Of a DNA stretch of 64,000 bases, positions 52,601 to 64,000 are shown one piece after another. Positions within the stretch are counted from its first letter, which is position 1; each line of letters opens with the position of its first letter. The stretch comes from Eledone cirrhosa (lineage: Eukaryota): NCBI GenBank assembly GCA_964016885.1, contig OZ024740.1, positions 69,378,001-69,442,000 on the forward strand, written 5' to 3'. The notes below the pieces were generated by a model, which searched no databases, was not told where the DNA came from, and saw only the letters and a list, made by a program, of their open reading frames with translations. The position numbers and the translations under genes are program-made.

Positions 52601-53899
52601 TCAGCGGGGGGTTGTGTCCCCGGGGAACCTTGATAGGCGGTTTAACCCCCATTAGGGTGTGCAAGGGCGTGGAAAAAGTCTCGGATTACCTATTTAAGAT
52701 GATTAAGCTGTCCTTAATTATTTAGATACAAGTTTACATTTGAGGTTGCCGGGCTTATACAAATAGGTTACATTCAAAGTTATTTCGAAGTCCATGTGGA
52801 ATTTCTTAGCCCATTCGAATTGTGTTAGCGAGGTAGAGGGTTTCCTTTTTTGTTTTGTTTTTTTAAGGAGTGGAAATATAGAGTTTAGTGCAACGTGATT
52901 TGGAAATGGCACATTGATAAACTACGATACTTATAGGTCAATTACTCTCAATATGGCATATTTTATGGTTTCTACAGTTGCAGTTAGTGTTACCAATTGG
53001 GTTACTAGGAACATTAAGAATTCTACTCTTTGGTACTCAGAGATTTCACACCATTCAGGGTTAACATGATTCAAGCTCATCAGAGTATTTGCACGGTTTG
53101 AGGCATTGCCGGATATTCTAGGATATTTTCAATGTTTTGATTTGTTACTAGAGGCTACGTAAACAGCTAAGTTAGTGGTTGTTTAGAGCGATATCTTGAT
53201 CGCGTTTTTAGTTAGCGAACTGTGATAATTGTGCGATTTTCTCCAGTATACCGAAGAACAATTTGATTATATTAGAAGCCACATGGGATAAACCAAGCAC
53301 TTTTCCTATATAAAGTTAGTAATTCACCTTTTAATGATTGACGAGTTTAATTTTACTTTCAGGATAATTTAAGTTAGGTAAGATGTATTCAGTTTCTGCG
53401 TATTTTCGTTTCACCAAATTTCACTCGAAAATCGTTGGTCAAATCAAGTTTAATTAGTAGGAGACACCTGATCAAGGAGCCACCCAGTGCAAGTAAACTC
53501 GGAATTGCTAGCCCATTTCTATGTGAGAGAGCATGTGTGTGAAGACTTGTGTGTGCATATGTATGTGTCAAGGTGTTTCTTTCTGTGTGGGCATACGGAG
53601 GGTATGGTAATGTTGCGTGTTTAATAATAAACCTAACCCAACATTTATCTTTCTTCTCTGTTCAGGTATGGTGCAAAGCGCTCTACACACCTTATATGAT
53701 GAGCAGGTGAATGGGAATTTGACGTCAATAATAATAGTAAATATAACTCTGGCATATACCCTAATACTGAACATTGAAATCAATAAAATATTCATTAAAT
53801 TCTAATTAAACAATTATTGACGGGAAAATTCTAATGTTTTAAGTTACTAATCGTAATGTTATTTTTAATATTGTTGGCCTGTTGTCACAATATAGCATT

Positions 53900-54686
53900 T
53901 TAATATTATAATTATTATTGTTATAATTATTATTACTATTATTATTATTGTTATTATTATTATTGTTATTTGAGTCTCAGTCATTGATGTTATTTAACTG
54001 GAAGTTTTGTTGAAATGAATATCAAGCCACTACCTGCAGCCTCAGACATTCAGGACTTATCAGAGGGTTCTTGCTGTTCCCAGCAATCATGCCTTTTGAA
54101 GTGTTCCAAAAAACGGGGCTGGGCTAATCTTCTTTAACCATCCTTGGAAACTCTTTGAGATAGTACCTAGCGTGCCTATGACAATCGGGATGACCTAGAT
54201 CGCATGGCAGTTTCAAATCCTTTTTAACTCCCACTTTAAATCCTGGTATCGGTTAATTTTCTCCCTCTCCTTTTTTTGCACTCTCGTGTCAAATAGGTAG
54301 GCTACATCTACAATCAGGCACATGTTTTTTCCTTGTCAAAAACCACCTGGTCAGGCCTATTGTGTTCTAATTCTTGTCTGTCTGTATCCTGAAATCCTAT
54401 AGCATTTTCACTTGATTGTTTTCTATAACCGACACTTATGCTCATACCACTTCTCAAAATGTAGTAAATTGTTTAGTTTGCCTAAATGCCAGTAAATCAC
54501 CTTTCCTAGTATAGCATGCTTGCAGCCTTTACGGTGAGTCTGGGCTAGGTGTTTACTTTCGGATACAATGTGAGCCACAGTCTCCTCTCTATTTCTCTGT
54601 ACACATCCTACACAGTGAGCTAGCATCCTCCTTGTTAATCTGGTGTCTCACCCACTTCGTTCTGTGCAGTCATTAGCATTCCTTCT

Positions 54687-54690
<4 letters not shown>
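53900..54690 (-). mobile_element. R4/Dong-like non-LTR retrotransposon 3' fragment (Zn knuckle + restriction-like endonuclease) with (TAA)n tail
   Basis: EETVAHIVSESKHLA...KHAILGKVIYWHL, PDQVVFDKEK, IVDVA, EKINRYQDLKWELKRI, VIPIVIGTLGT, LQKA*LLGTARTL. Confidence 0.8.
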
Positions 54691-54734
<44 letters not shown>

Positions 54735-55262
54735 ATCTTTGTTTTTGTTGTTGTTGTTGTAGTGATATCTACTGTTTATGTTGTTATTTTTTTGTTTACA
54801 TCTTTTAAACACCATTTCGATGTTTGTATTTATATTACTTTCGTGTGGTTAATTACGAGGTTTAATAAATGATCGATGATGTTTCAACTGGGTTGTGATA
54901 GACGTATAACATTGCGTTATACATAATTGGTTAAACATATTTGACACGTAGTTCGTAAAAATGTTATTATGAAACAATATGATGCCTAATTGAATGTAAT
55001 GTGAAACTGCACTCCAATGAGTCAAATTCCCTAGACACTATTATTTTTTTTTTCAATTATTTTGTTATGTTTGAAAATTAAAGGTCCACTCATAGATTTA
55101 GGCTAATAGAATAAAGAGGCGTCACTGTTCTTCTATGAAATTTACACTTTTATGGCGTTAGTTTAAATAATTATTGATTTTGACATACACACGGAAATAT
55201 AAGCATGGATAATACAAATATTATTTTAAGTTACAACGTTATTCAGTGTTCATTCACAAAGG

Positions 55263-55685
55263 TCTTATATACTTCCCCAGGCATCTAAAATCAGCAATAA
55301 TACTGACGATGCTTAAAAATGCCGAAACGTCTATGGATTTATCAATATTTGCCAAAGATCAAAATCACTTAGTACCTCATTCTATATATAATTGTATTTA
55401 TTTAAATTTCGAATAAATTATTTCTCTTACATCTTACCAAAGATAATCATTATGAGCGACATGGTAAAAGCGTCATATCTTTTTATTGGCTTATAACATA
55501 TGTTGTGGTGGTGCAAAACCCAATCGCCAAATAGTGCATTCTAATTCGAAATTAATTCTACTGGATAATTATAGATTACCTCATTATTACTGAAAGAAAG
55601 TGACGATAAGAATTAGAAACGTGTTATCCAATGTTGGCAAATGAGAAACAGACAGAACAGCAACATCGTCATCCTTATCATCATC

Positions 55686-55747
<62 letters not shown>

Positions 55748-55762
55748 CAGCAGCATCAGTGT

Positions 55763-55826
<64 letters not shown>

Positions 55827-56128
55827 TCTTGTTTTTGCTGTGGTTGTTCGTGATCAGTACTGATTGAAGGGCAAAGGCGTTTAATATAGTGGAGTGCGAT
55901 CTGGTGGAGTGTTCAGTTCTGCTCATTCTAGCAGACAAAGCGTCCGCGTAGAAAAACATCATCATACGCTCTCGCTCTGATGGATTGGAAATATGCATGA
56001 TTTTATTGGACTAAAAACAGGATCACTCGCATACCTTATCTTGAGTTTTAAGACGTCCATAGACGTTTCGGCATCTTTAAGCATCGTCAATATTATTGCT
56101 CATTTTAGATGCCTGGGGAAGTATATAA
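55263..56128. repeat. Convergent pair of ~75-bp segments with degenerate HHR-like motif
   Basis: 55263-55337 mirrors 56056-56128; (C/T)TGACGA-TGCTTAAA(A/G)ATGCC-GAAA-CGTC-TA. Confidence 0.65.
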
Positions 56129-56689
56129 TAATGTATATAAGAATGTATATGGCAGAAAAATAATAATCATTTATGAAGGACATTTAACTATCATTTTACT
56201 ACCTTCGTAGTAATTAAATGTAAATATCATTATCATAATCATCACCACCATCATCATCGGCGTATTCATTATCAACCTTATCTGCGCATTGCAAGTCCTC
56301 TTCGGTCGGCGCCAATTGATCCTATCCTGGAACGTCCTCGGTTTTAAGACACCTTTAAACATATCGATATCATCTCTCTGTATAATACTCCGTTTTCTTT
56401 GAACAAATGAAACTGTCCTATGTGGTTTCTAATCTGTATTCAGCTTAGTCCATTTGTTGTTATCTTTGTGTACGATATGCCCTGCCGATTTTCATTTTCC
56501 TTAATATTGTTTAAGATGTGTTGTAAATTTTCTTTAAATTTAGATCTAACCAATTAAACGCTTTTCTTAACAATTTTAGCTGCATTAAACACTTATTTAT
56601 TAACATTAGTTTTGAGACGTTCGGAAATGAGTTAAAGCTAGTGTTAACATCTTGCTCTCATTTGTTCCATTCTTATACGGGTTGGACGA

Positions 56690-56878
56690 AATGCTGATCT
56701 TTTTCCAGTTTCATCTGTGCTAGACTACTTAGAGTACAAGAACTCCCATCGATGGGACACGAGTTGATCGCAAAGCTAAACTCCAGGGGGCGCTAGTACG
56801 CATAACTAGCTACGTTCTACTGGAGCAACGTGAAATAAAATGCCTTGGTCGAAGAATACACGTGTCAGCCAGTCAGAA
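56690..56878 (-). mobile_element. SINE fragment
   Basis: ACTGGAGCAACGTGAAATAAAATGCCTTG core shared with the SINEs at 25587 and 61591. Confidence 0.6.
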
Positions 56879-57809
56879 AAGAAAGAGGTAGAAAACAATT
56901 ATGAAAATAACTTCTTAATGATGATACATTTGACGACATAGCGTGCCATGGAATTTAACAAAACGACATTTGCTAGAATAATAACGTTGATATCATCTCA
57001 ACATATATAGCTAGAAATCATAAAAAGTATTTTGGAGTGTGCATAAGTGTGTCTCATGTTTATGTGTAAGAATAATTATGATGTTGATGATGCTGATAAT
57101 AATAATAATTATTATTATAATAAACGTGAAGCTGTAACATTATTATTGTTGTTAATATTCTCAAAAGGGAGGAGTAAGTTTGGTGACGATGATGATGATT
57201 GTAGAGGTAGTGATAGTGGTGTTGGTTTTGATGTTAGGGTTTTAGTAGTGGTAGGGGTGGTGGTGAGTGTCATGATAATGGTGACGATGATGTTAATGAC
57301 GATTCCCATAAAGATTAGGATGACCACGATGAAGGCAATATGTTTAAGGACGACTACGACTACGACGACAATGGCTTATAAAAACAGCTAATATTAGATA
57401 ATGTTTGCTTTTTTTTATTAATATCTTGATGACATAAGCCAAATGAAATTAACTTCATCATTAGTTGATAAACATAACCCTAACATTATATATAGTAGCA
57501 ATTACTACAGTGACAACAAGAACAACAAAAATCAGTGACCACCATAACAGCGAAATATCAAAAGTAATATGCACAAAACCATGATTACTGTATCTTGTTG
57601 TTGCTGTTATTTTAGGAATGTGTTGTTGGTATACAGTTGATTAAATCGAATCCAACCTTTAAATGGCATTATATTCTATTGATTAATAATAGCTGAAAGT
57701 AAATTCAGACTTGGAGGAAGTCAAACCCAGAACATAAACGAGGTTAATTAAATATAGCATGGCATTTTTGTCCGACATTCACCATTCCCACAAGTCCAAC
57801 CCCATTGCA

Positions 57810-58450
57810 TATATTAATGGATGACAACTAGAACCCACTTGATCCGTCTAAATGCTGACTTGACAATCATTGAAGATCTCTTATGGCAAACATGCATCCT
57901 TGGAGTATATTAATCATGCCTCAAAATCTTACCCTTTTCTTCAGAGTCAGAAACCACTTCAGTAACTAACCAGTACTAATATTCTAGAAAGTGTAGATGG
58001 CACATACCATGCAGAATTACTCCAGCATATGGAATGTAGATGTTACTACATACGCAACAATACTTTACCATTGTGAAGCAACTCGGCTAATTGGCATAAT
58101 ATCACTCACACATACATTCCATTTTTTTTACCAGTAACTACTCTCATTGCCTTTTCTACCACAACAAAATCGCTTCTCTACAGTCTTCGAGTTGTCTAAT
58201 CGCATAAAACACTAATGAGAAACTCTTGAAGCATACGTTTATCCTTCCCTCATCAACTATGTCATATCGAGCTTTACAACTCCCACCGTATCTTGCTAAT
58301 CCTGTTCTTCCTGCCCAGAAAGTCGTTCTTCTGGAATGTTATCCCTGCTCGTGGATTTTATACACACGTCGAATTTCATCAGCCCCAATGTCTCTCATGC
58401 TGGATGGTCTGTAAAACAGACTAATTCTTTTCAACCTAGACACAATTTTT
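57810..58450 (+). mobile_element. Highly decayed LINE 3' region (CR1/L2/Jockey group)
   Basis: Remnants LTIIEDLLWQ, LFRVRNHFS and MQNYSSIW in mixed frames. Confidence 0.45.
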
Positions 58451-58934
58451 TATTGTCAAAAAACGAACGCCCTATCATGAATGGAAGAATATTAGTTTCT
58501 TAGAAAAAAAACTTTTAATTAAGCCGTTTTATTTTACTGTAAGTGCATTTCAATACAATTTAGATCTTCTATAAACTGGAAAATATATTTTATACACAAC
58601 CACTACTTCAGCGTGTCAACTTTTAATCATTGATATTCAATAATTGTCTGTGGGAATTTGCCCAGTGGGAACCTTATGAATCGTGCTAGATGCAGACTTC
58701 TTTTTGTTCAAGTTGCTAATTTTGTAAATGCGAACGTTACATATCAACTTTTGTAATTTCCAATCATTTTATATTAGATTGCATTTTCATATCTTTCTCA
58801 CTAACATAACTCACAACTTATAATTTCCTGAAATATTCTTATACTTCACGGCCACAACAATATCCATAATCCCCACTTTGATAATCAGTGACAAAGACAG
58901 GAATATGTATATATAATATTCATATTTATACCAG

Positions 58935-59300
58935 CAATATCATCAAAACCATCTTCATCATCACCACCATCATCATCATCACTATTATCTTCATCATCAT
59001 CATCATCATCACCATCATCATCACCTCCCCCATCATCATCATCACTATCATCTTCATCATCATCAACATCATTATCATCGTCGTCATTGTCATCATCATC
59101 CTTGTCGTCATCGTCTTCAGCATCATTAACATTATCCTCATATTCGTCATTCTCTCAGTTGCCATCCTTATTATTGTCATCGTTTTTCCCTTTTCCTTCT
59201 TCCTTATCATCTTGATCTACTTCATTGTCTTCGTCATCGTTGTAGTCATCGACGTTGTCACCATCTTCGTTTTAGTTTTTTCCGCCGTCGTTGTTTATTG
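58935..59300. repeat. Degenerate (CAT)n/(CGT)n low-complexity tract
   Basis: Direct inspection. Confidence 0.85.
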
Positions 59301-60599
59301 TTAGTAAATATTCACTAAATGGAATTTGTTAACATCAGCAATATTATTTATAGCGTCCTGACGACGATAGCTGTTGAAATGAAAAAAAGCGATCAGTAAC
59401 TTTGTAATCATAGATTTGAATAAGCAAATATTTTCCATATTCACAAAATAATCATGCTGTTGTCTGTTTCTGATCTTTTTTATTTTTTTTGGTGCGGTTG
59501 TTTTTGCTGTTCAAAGTTAAAAAATGTATAAACAGAACCACGTCGTGACACAACAACGGCCATTCATGCAGATTGTCTAGACATTGTGTCTCCTCAAGAT
59601 GGCCATCGAATTTATTTTGCTTCCAGCTTGCTAATCAGCCACAGCGTAAATGTTAATATAACTTCACATTATTTTACTAGTACTTCTCTCCTCTCCTTAT
59701 TCAACTTAATCATTTTATTGTTGTTTATTCAATATAAAAACGTCTTTTTTTATTATTGCTATTATTACTAATTAATCATTTAAAGACGATGGGTTGGCAG
59801 TATCGGTAGAGCGTCGGAGAAAATGCTTCGTGGTAAACTACAAACGAAAGAGCACGTTCCAGCCAGCAAATGGATTGAAAATTAATATTCTTTTTCACTC
59901 GCTATGACAGGGAAACTATTCACAGACAAAACAAACATTGGACATCGCTTGTATACGTAGTTGCTTTGCAATTCATGAATTAAAATAAGGCTTCTTTATG
60001 GTCAAATCCGAGATGTGTTTTCGGTGCACATTTAAAGTCGTATTAAGATCTTGAAGTCACAATTTCCCTTTACAATAGCAATTAAAATCTGACATAGATA
60101 TGATCCCTGAGTAGTAAATAAATCTGCAAAACTCATAGCCCCTTAACAAAATATAGGACACATTTGATAAGAATCAACAAGGAAAGGTTGCATTTAGTCA
60201 TGGGTCCGTTCAAACAAGGCTGATTTAGGGTACAACAACAACAACCCTAACCATAACAACGACAGCATTAACAACAACAAGAACAATAAAAGAAATATTA
60301 TTGTTATGATATTAATTAATTGTAAAGCACTGGGGTCGATTTAATCGACTATCCTCTCCCCCAAAGTAGTTGTTCTTGTGACTAAACCCAAAACCATAAT
60401 TGATTTGTTGGCTATTAGACCCGAAACATAGAGGGAAATACGAAAAATAGGGGCGGTGAAGATTTACAAACACTTTTTTAAAAAAAATATAAAGGTAGCA
60501 GATAACAATTAACATATTAATAACAATAAAATTCGCCAATATACGGTATCTTAGGAAACCTACTGTTCTTAAATCTCCCTAATTGGCAAGAGCACCATG

Positions 60600-61530
60600 G
60601 GAAGGTGCACTTTCCTCTAAAAAATCTCCATCCTACAGGGACGTGTTCAAAGTAGGCACATTCTCTCTGGCCAGCCTCGCTACATTCAGCCATCTTTTAA
60701 CAAATGTGTTGGGATGTACCACCTCCCTCATCGCCTTCATCATCATTCCTAAATGGAACTTGAAAACGTTGATGAGGGCTTAGCCGAAGAAAAAAGTTTC
60801 TGTCTTCAATCCTTTCAGATGCATCTACCATACAACCGCTTTCGCTATAGCTAACAGGCAAAAGAAAGCTGCCTGTCCTTACCGGCCAAAGGAAGGCGTT
60901 GAGGTGACATTCAGGATGATGTCAAATGATTGTCGTATCCGACTATAGCTGTTCGACAAATCTCCACGTCAATAATGCCCGCTCACTGGACGAGTGCGTG
61001 CAGAAATGTTTTGTTACACTGCACAGGACAGGTCCGTTTGACAGCACTTCTCTGCCTGTAGAGATTCTCTCGAACAAAGAGTGCCCCCTCGTTAGCACTA
61101 CCAGGTCATTAATTTCTGGAAATTACCCATAGTCCTCGGGAAGAGATTGGCTAGATTGTTCTTATCGACACCCTGTATCTCTCAGAGAACGTCGATGCCT
61201 CTGCCTACAACTAGTCCACTATAATCGGATTTCCAAGGATTATATTTTCCTGTTAAGAGAGATCTGAGACCACCTGACGACATTCCAACGGCCAGGAGTC
61301 CATTTTCTGTCTTCCCGTCACCCAGAATAGCAGTTCAGTCAAAGAGGCGAGCTACGGAAAGACGTGACTCACAAACGGCGGCCACATATGTTAACCTTTT
61401 AAGAATATCTGCAAATGCCGTAGGTTTAGTGTAAGTTTGCGTATCATCGGCATGCCAAGCTACCCGTTCACATCATGTTGGCAGAAGAAGTACCACCTCA
61501 ACAGTTGAACCAGTCACTTCCAAAACCGCT
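60600..61530 (-). mobile_element. Decayed Tx1/L1-clade LINE 3' fragment
   Basis: Minus strand GQAAFFCLLAIAKAVVW and FVKRWLNVARLARE match GDAVLLCVIAMAKEVVW and FYERWLKVARMARV of the 14887-17878 element. Confidence 0.8.
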
Positions 61531-61590
61531 CGATAGCCTAAAATTGCGGAGCTATTAACAAAAGAAAAGCATTTTTTGTCGATCAACTTT

Positions 61591-61782
61591 CGTCAAATCG
61601 GACCGAGGAAACAATGTTTCCGTTGGTCTTTATAATTGCTAATACTATCTATCGGTCACAACTCCAGGTAGGAGGAGAAACGTGAAATAAAGTGTCTTGC
61701 TCAAGGACATAACGCATGGCCCGGTCCAGGAATCGAACTGACAACCTCACGATTGTGAATCCAGTTCCACACGCCTTAACAA
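61591..61782 (-). mobile_element. tRNA-derived SINE
   Basis: AACGTGAAATAAAGTGTCTTGCTCAAGGACATAACGC and GGAATCGAACT (B-box complement). Confidence 0.75.
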
Positions 61783-62972
61783 AAGCAAGTGAGAAAACAT
61801 GCAATGGCTGAAGTGAGCTAAGATCACAGTTATATACTTCCCTGATATTACGTGGCACGGAGAGGCAACCCGCTAATCTAACCGATACCTCTCACTGTAC
61901 ACTAACTCTTGTTACTTTTCTCACGCACCTCGTATATATATATGAATATTTCTATTCTTGTATATGTTTCCTCCCAACGGCTTACTACCACAGCCCTCAA
62001 GTTAAGAAGGTCATATGATACTGCTACAGTATGAAACTGCTATCACTATCAACGTGATGTATCAGCTTGACTCTCCCTTTGGATTAGGACTGGACTTCAT
62101 TTGAGTATGTGCTACGTGAATCCTACTTATGTAATATTTGGAAATATTGCATCACGTAACACTTGCTGATGCAACTGTGGTGCACAGGGCGTGGCCTTGA
62201 AATAGTATAGTTCGGGTCTTTTAATTGTACCCTGAGTAAGCCGTTTAACTACTATTTAGCGTATAGTGTCCACACGAGGTTACAAGTTCATAAAAACGAC
62301 ATAAGAATTTTTCTAAATCATCGAATGAGAAGATAGCGGCCGATCGAGACGAATTGTAAACGGCTAGCTGGGTTAAACTTAATATATGTGTGTGTGGGGG
62401 GGGGTCTGTCTGTATGTGTCTGTGCCTGTGTGTGTGCGTATGTATGTGTTATGTGTGAGCCGCTTTGTATGTGTGTGTAAATGTAAATCTGCCTATAAGT
62501 ATTTTTCTTAGATATTTTTGGTTTTCGTTTATTATTATTTTTTTATAAATTTTCAAAGCTGTTCATGTATTTGTGATTAAAGCGAAAAGTTGTTCTCAGA
62601 TTCTTCAAGAATATTGCACTTGACTTCAAAGGAATTTTGCTACCAATAAAAAAAGTCTGATTCTTTATAATGTTTCGAAACTATTTTGTGACTATTCAGT
62701 AATATGGTAGTTTCCAAAACGAAGGGAAATTAGAACTCGTGTAGCTTAAAGCAGCATGAGGTTTTCATGATAACTTATATGATGAATATCTCTTTCCTAA
62801 GTTCTTTTTTTATATGTATTTCTAGACGACAAGTAATCAAAGGAACACGTATACAGCCCTCGACTGTTATCTTTAACTTAATATTATAGAAATATGCTTC
62901 CACACACACACACACACTCACAAATATTCATCTCGCCCTCTCTCTCCATCTCCCTCTCCCTATCTATCCCTC

Positions 62973-63072
<100 letters not shown>

Positions 63073-63362
63073 CAAATAACGAAACGAAATTAAATTTCGT
63101 TTCGTTTGTAACTCACTTTTGTATGACTGACGCTTAAACAATTAAGTTAAAAATGTACATCTACATATGCATACTGAAATACTAGTCTGTATATGAATAC
63201 ACACACGTATACATATGTAGGTGTACCAAGTCTTTCACTGGTCGCTTTACAGTGAGCGGCCCAGCTATTCTGTACGTAAACACACAGACAAACCGGTTTT
63301 TAGAGTCATACTGGTTTTCGGGGGGAACACCTTCCCTCCATTCTCCAGAAAGCCAGACAAGG

Positions 63363-63407
63363 AATATTGGACTAGTTTCGTTGTTGTTACAACTCATCAG
63401 CAATATT
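63363..63407 (-). ncRNA. Type I minimal hammerhead ribozyme (unit 1)
   Basis: AATATTG-CTGATGA-GTTGT-AACA-ACAAC-GAAA-CTAG-TC-CAATATT; 7-bp stem I, 5-bp stem II, GUC site. Confidence 0.93.
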
Positions 63408-63492
63408 TACCTATCTACCGGCCTTTCTGGAGAATTGTAAAAGCACATATCGTTATATGCTTTTTCTATGAAAATTAGTAGTGGGCAGACTA

Positions 63493-63500
63493 ATTTGCAT
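63493..63500 (-). promoter_or_regulatory. Octamer (ATGCAAAT) conserved upstream of retrozyme HHRs
   Basis: Also at 63961, 9017, 50989, 19748 and 19814; the HHR-proximal copy is 88-100 nt upstream of the HHR core wherever both are seen; function inferred. Confidence 0.5.
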
Positions 63501-63830
63501 AGAGTGTGAGTACGCACCGGTTCAGCGGAGACGATAAAAACAAATAACGAAACGAAATTAAATTTCGTTTCGTTTGTAACTCACTTTTGTATGACTGACG
63601 CTTAAACAATTAAGTTAAAAATGTACATCTACATATGCATACTGAAATACTAGTGTGTATATGAATACACACACGTATACATATGTAGGTGTACCAAGTC
63701 TTTCACTGGTCGCTTTACAGTGAGCGGCCCAGCTATTCTGTATGTAAACACACAGACAAACCGGTTTTTAGAGTCATACTGGTTTTCGGGGGGAACACCT
63801 TCCCTCCATTCTCCAGAAAGCCAGACAAGG

Positions 63831-63875
63831 AATATTGGACTAGTTTCGTTGTTGTTACAACTCATCAGCAATATT
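63831..63875 (-). ncRNA. Type I minimal hammerhead ribozyme (unit 2)
   Basis: Identical to 63363-63407, 468 bp further along. Confidence 0.93.
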
Positions 63876-64000
63876 TACCTATCTACCGGCCTTTCTGGAG
63901 AATTGTAAAAGCACATATCGTTATATGCTTTTTCTATGAAAATTAGTAGTGGGCAGACTAATTTGCATAGAGTGTGAGTACGCACCGGTTCAGCGGAGAC

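Noticed and set aside
53345-53712. Possible host exons (AG-GATAATTTAAGTTAG-GTAAGA, and a 41-nt segment at ~53667-53707)
   Set aside because: The first has stops in all three frames. The second gives no recognisable peptide. Splice-like signals alone are insufficient without RNA-seq
58888-59304. 138-aa hydrophobic, membrane-protein-like ORF
   Set aside because: It is a degenerate (CAT)n trinucleotide tract
63182-63946. Duplicated 62-85-aa ORFs in the 468-bp tandem
   Set aside because: No recognisable motifs, overlapping on both strands, and not conserved in the related A/C units; the conserved signal is RNA structure

Overview
This is AT-rich eukaryotic (animal) DNA full of microsatellites. 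The SINE and LINE content suggests an octopus/cephalopod genome (inference). I found no host gene I can support; most long ORFs in the track are (TA)n/(CA)n artefacts. Retroelements dominate. There are four Naiad-type Penelope-like elements (PLEs): one uninterrupted but N-truncated 743-aa RT+GIY-YIG ORF at 35663-37894, one full-length decayed copy with direct and inverted pseudo-LTRs, and two fragments. There is also a Neptune-like PLE end, Tx1/L1, RTE, R4/Dong-like and CR1-like LINE remnants, a mariner relic, SINEs and several palindromic/foldback elements. The main signal is RNA structure: more than a dozen type I hammerhead ribozyme (HHR) motifs. (1) A non-coding retrozyme-like family occurs at four loci, including a near-identical 468-bp tandem at 63066-64000. 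Each unit has an octamer ATGCAAAT about 88-100 nt upstream of a minimal HHR. (2) The Naiad HHRs carry a 77-94-nt hairpin in place of a normal stem II, mostly with AATAAA just after the cleavage site. All ribozyme activity is predicted from motif and base-pairing only.
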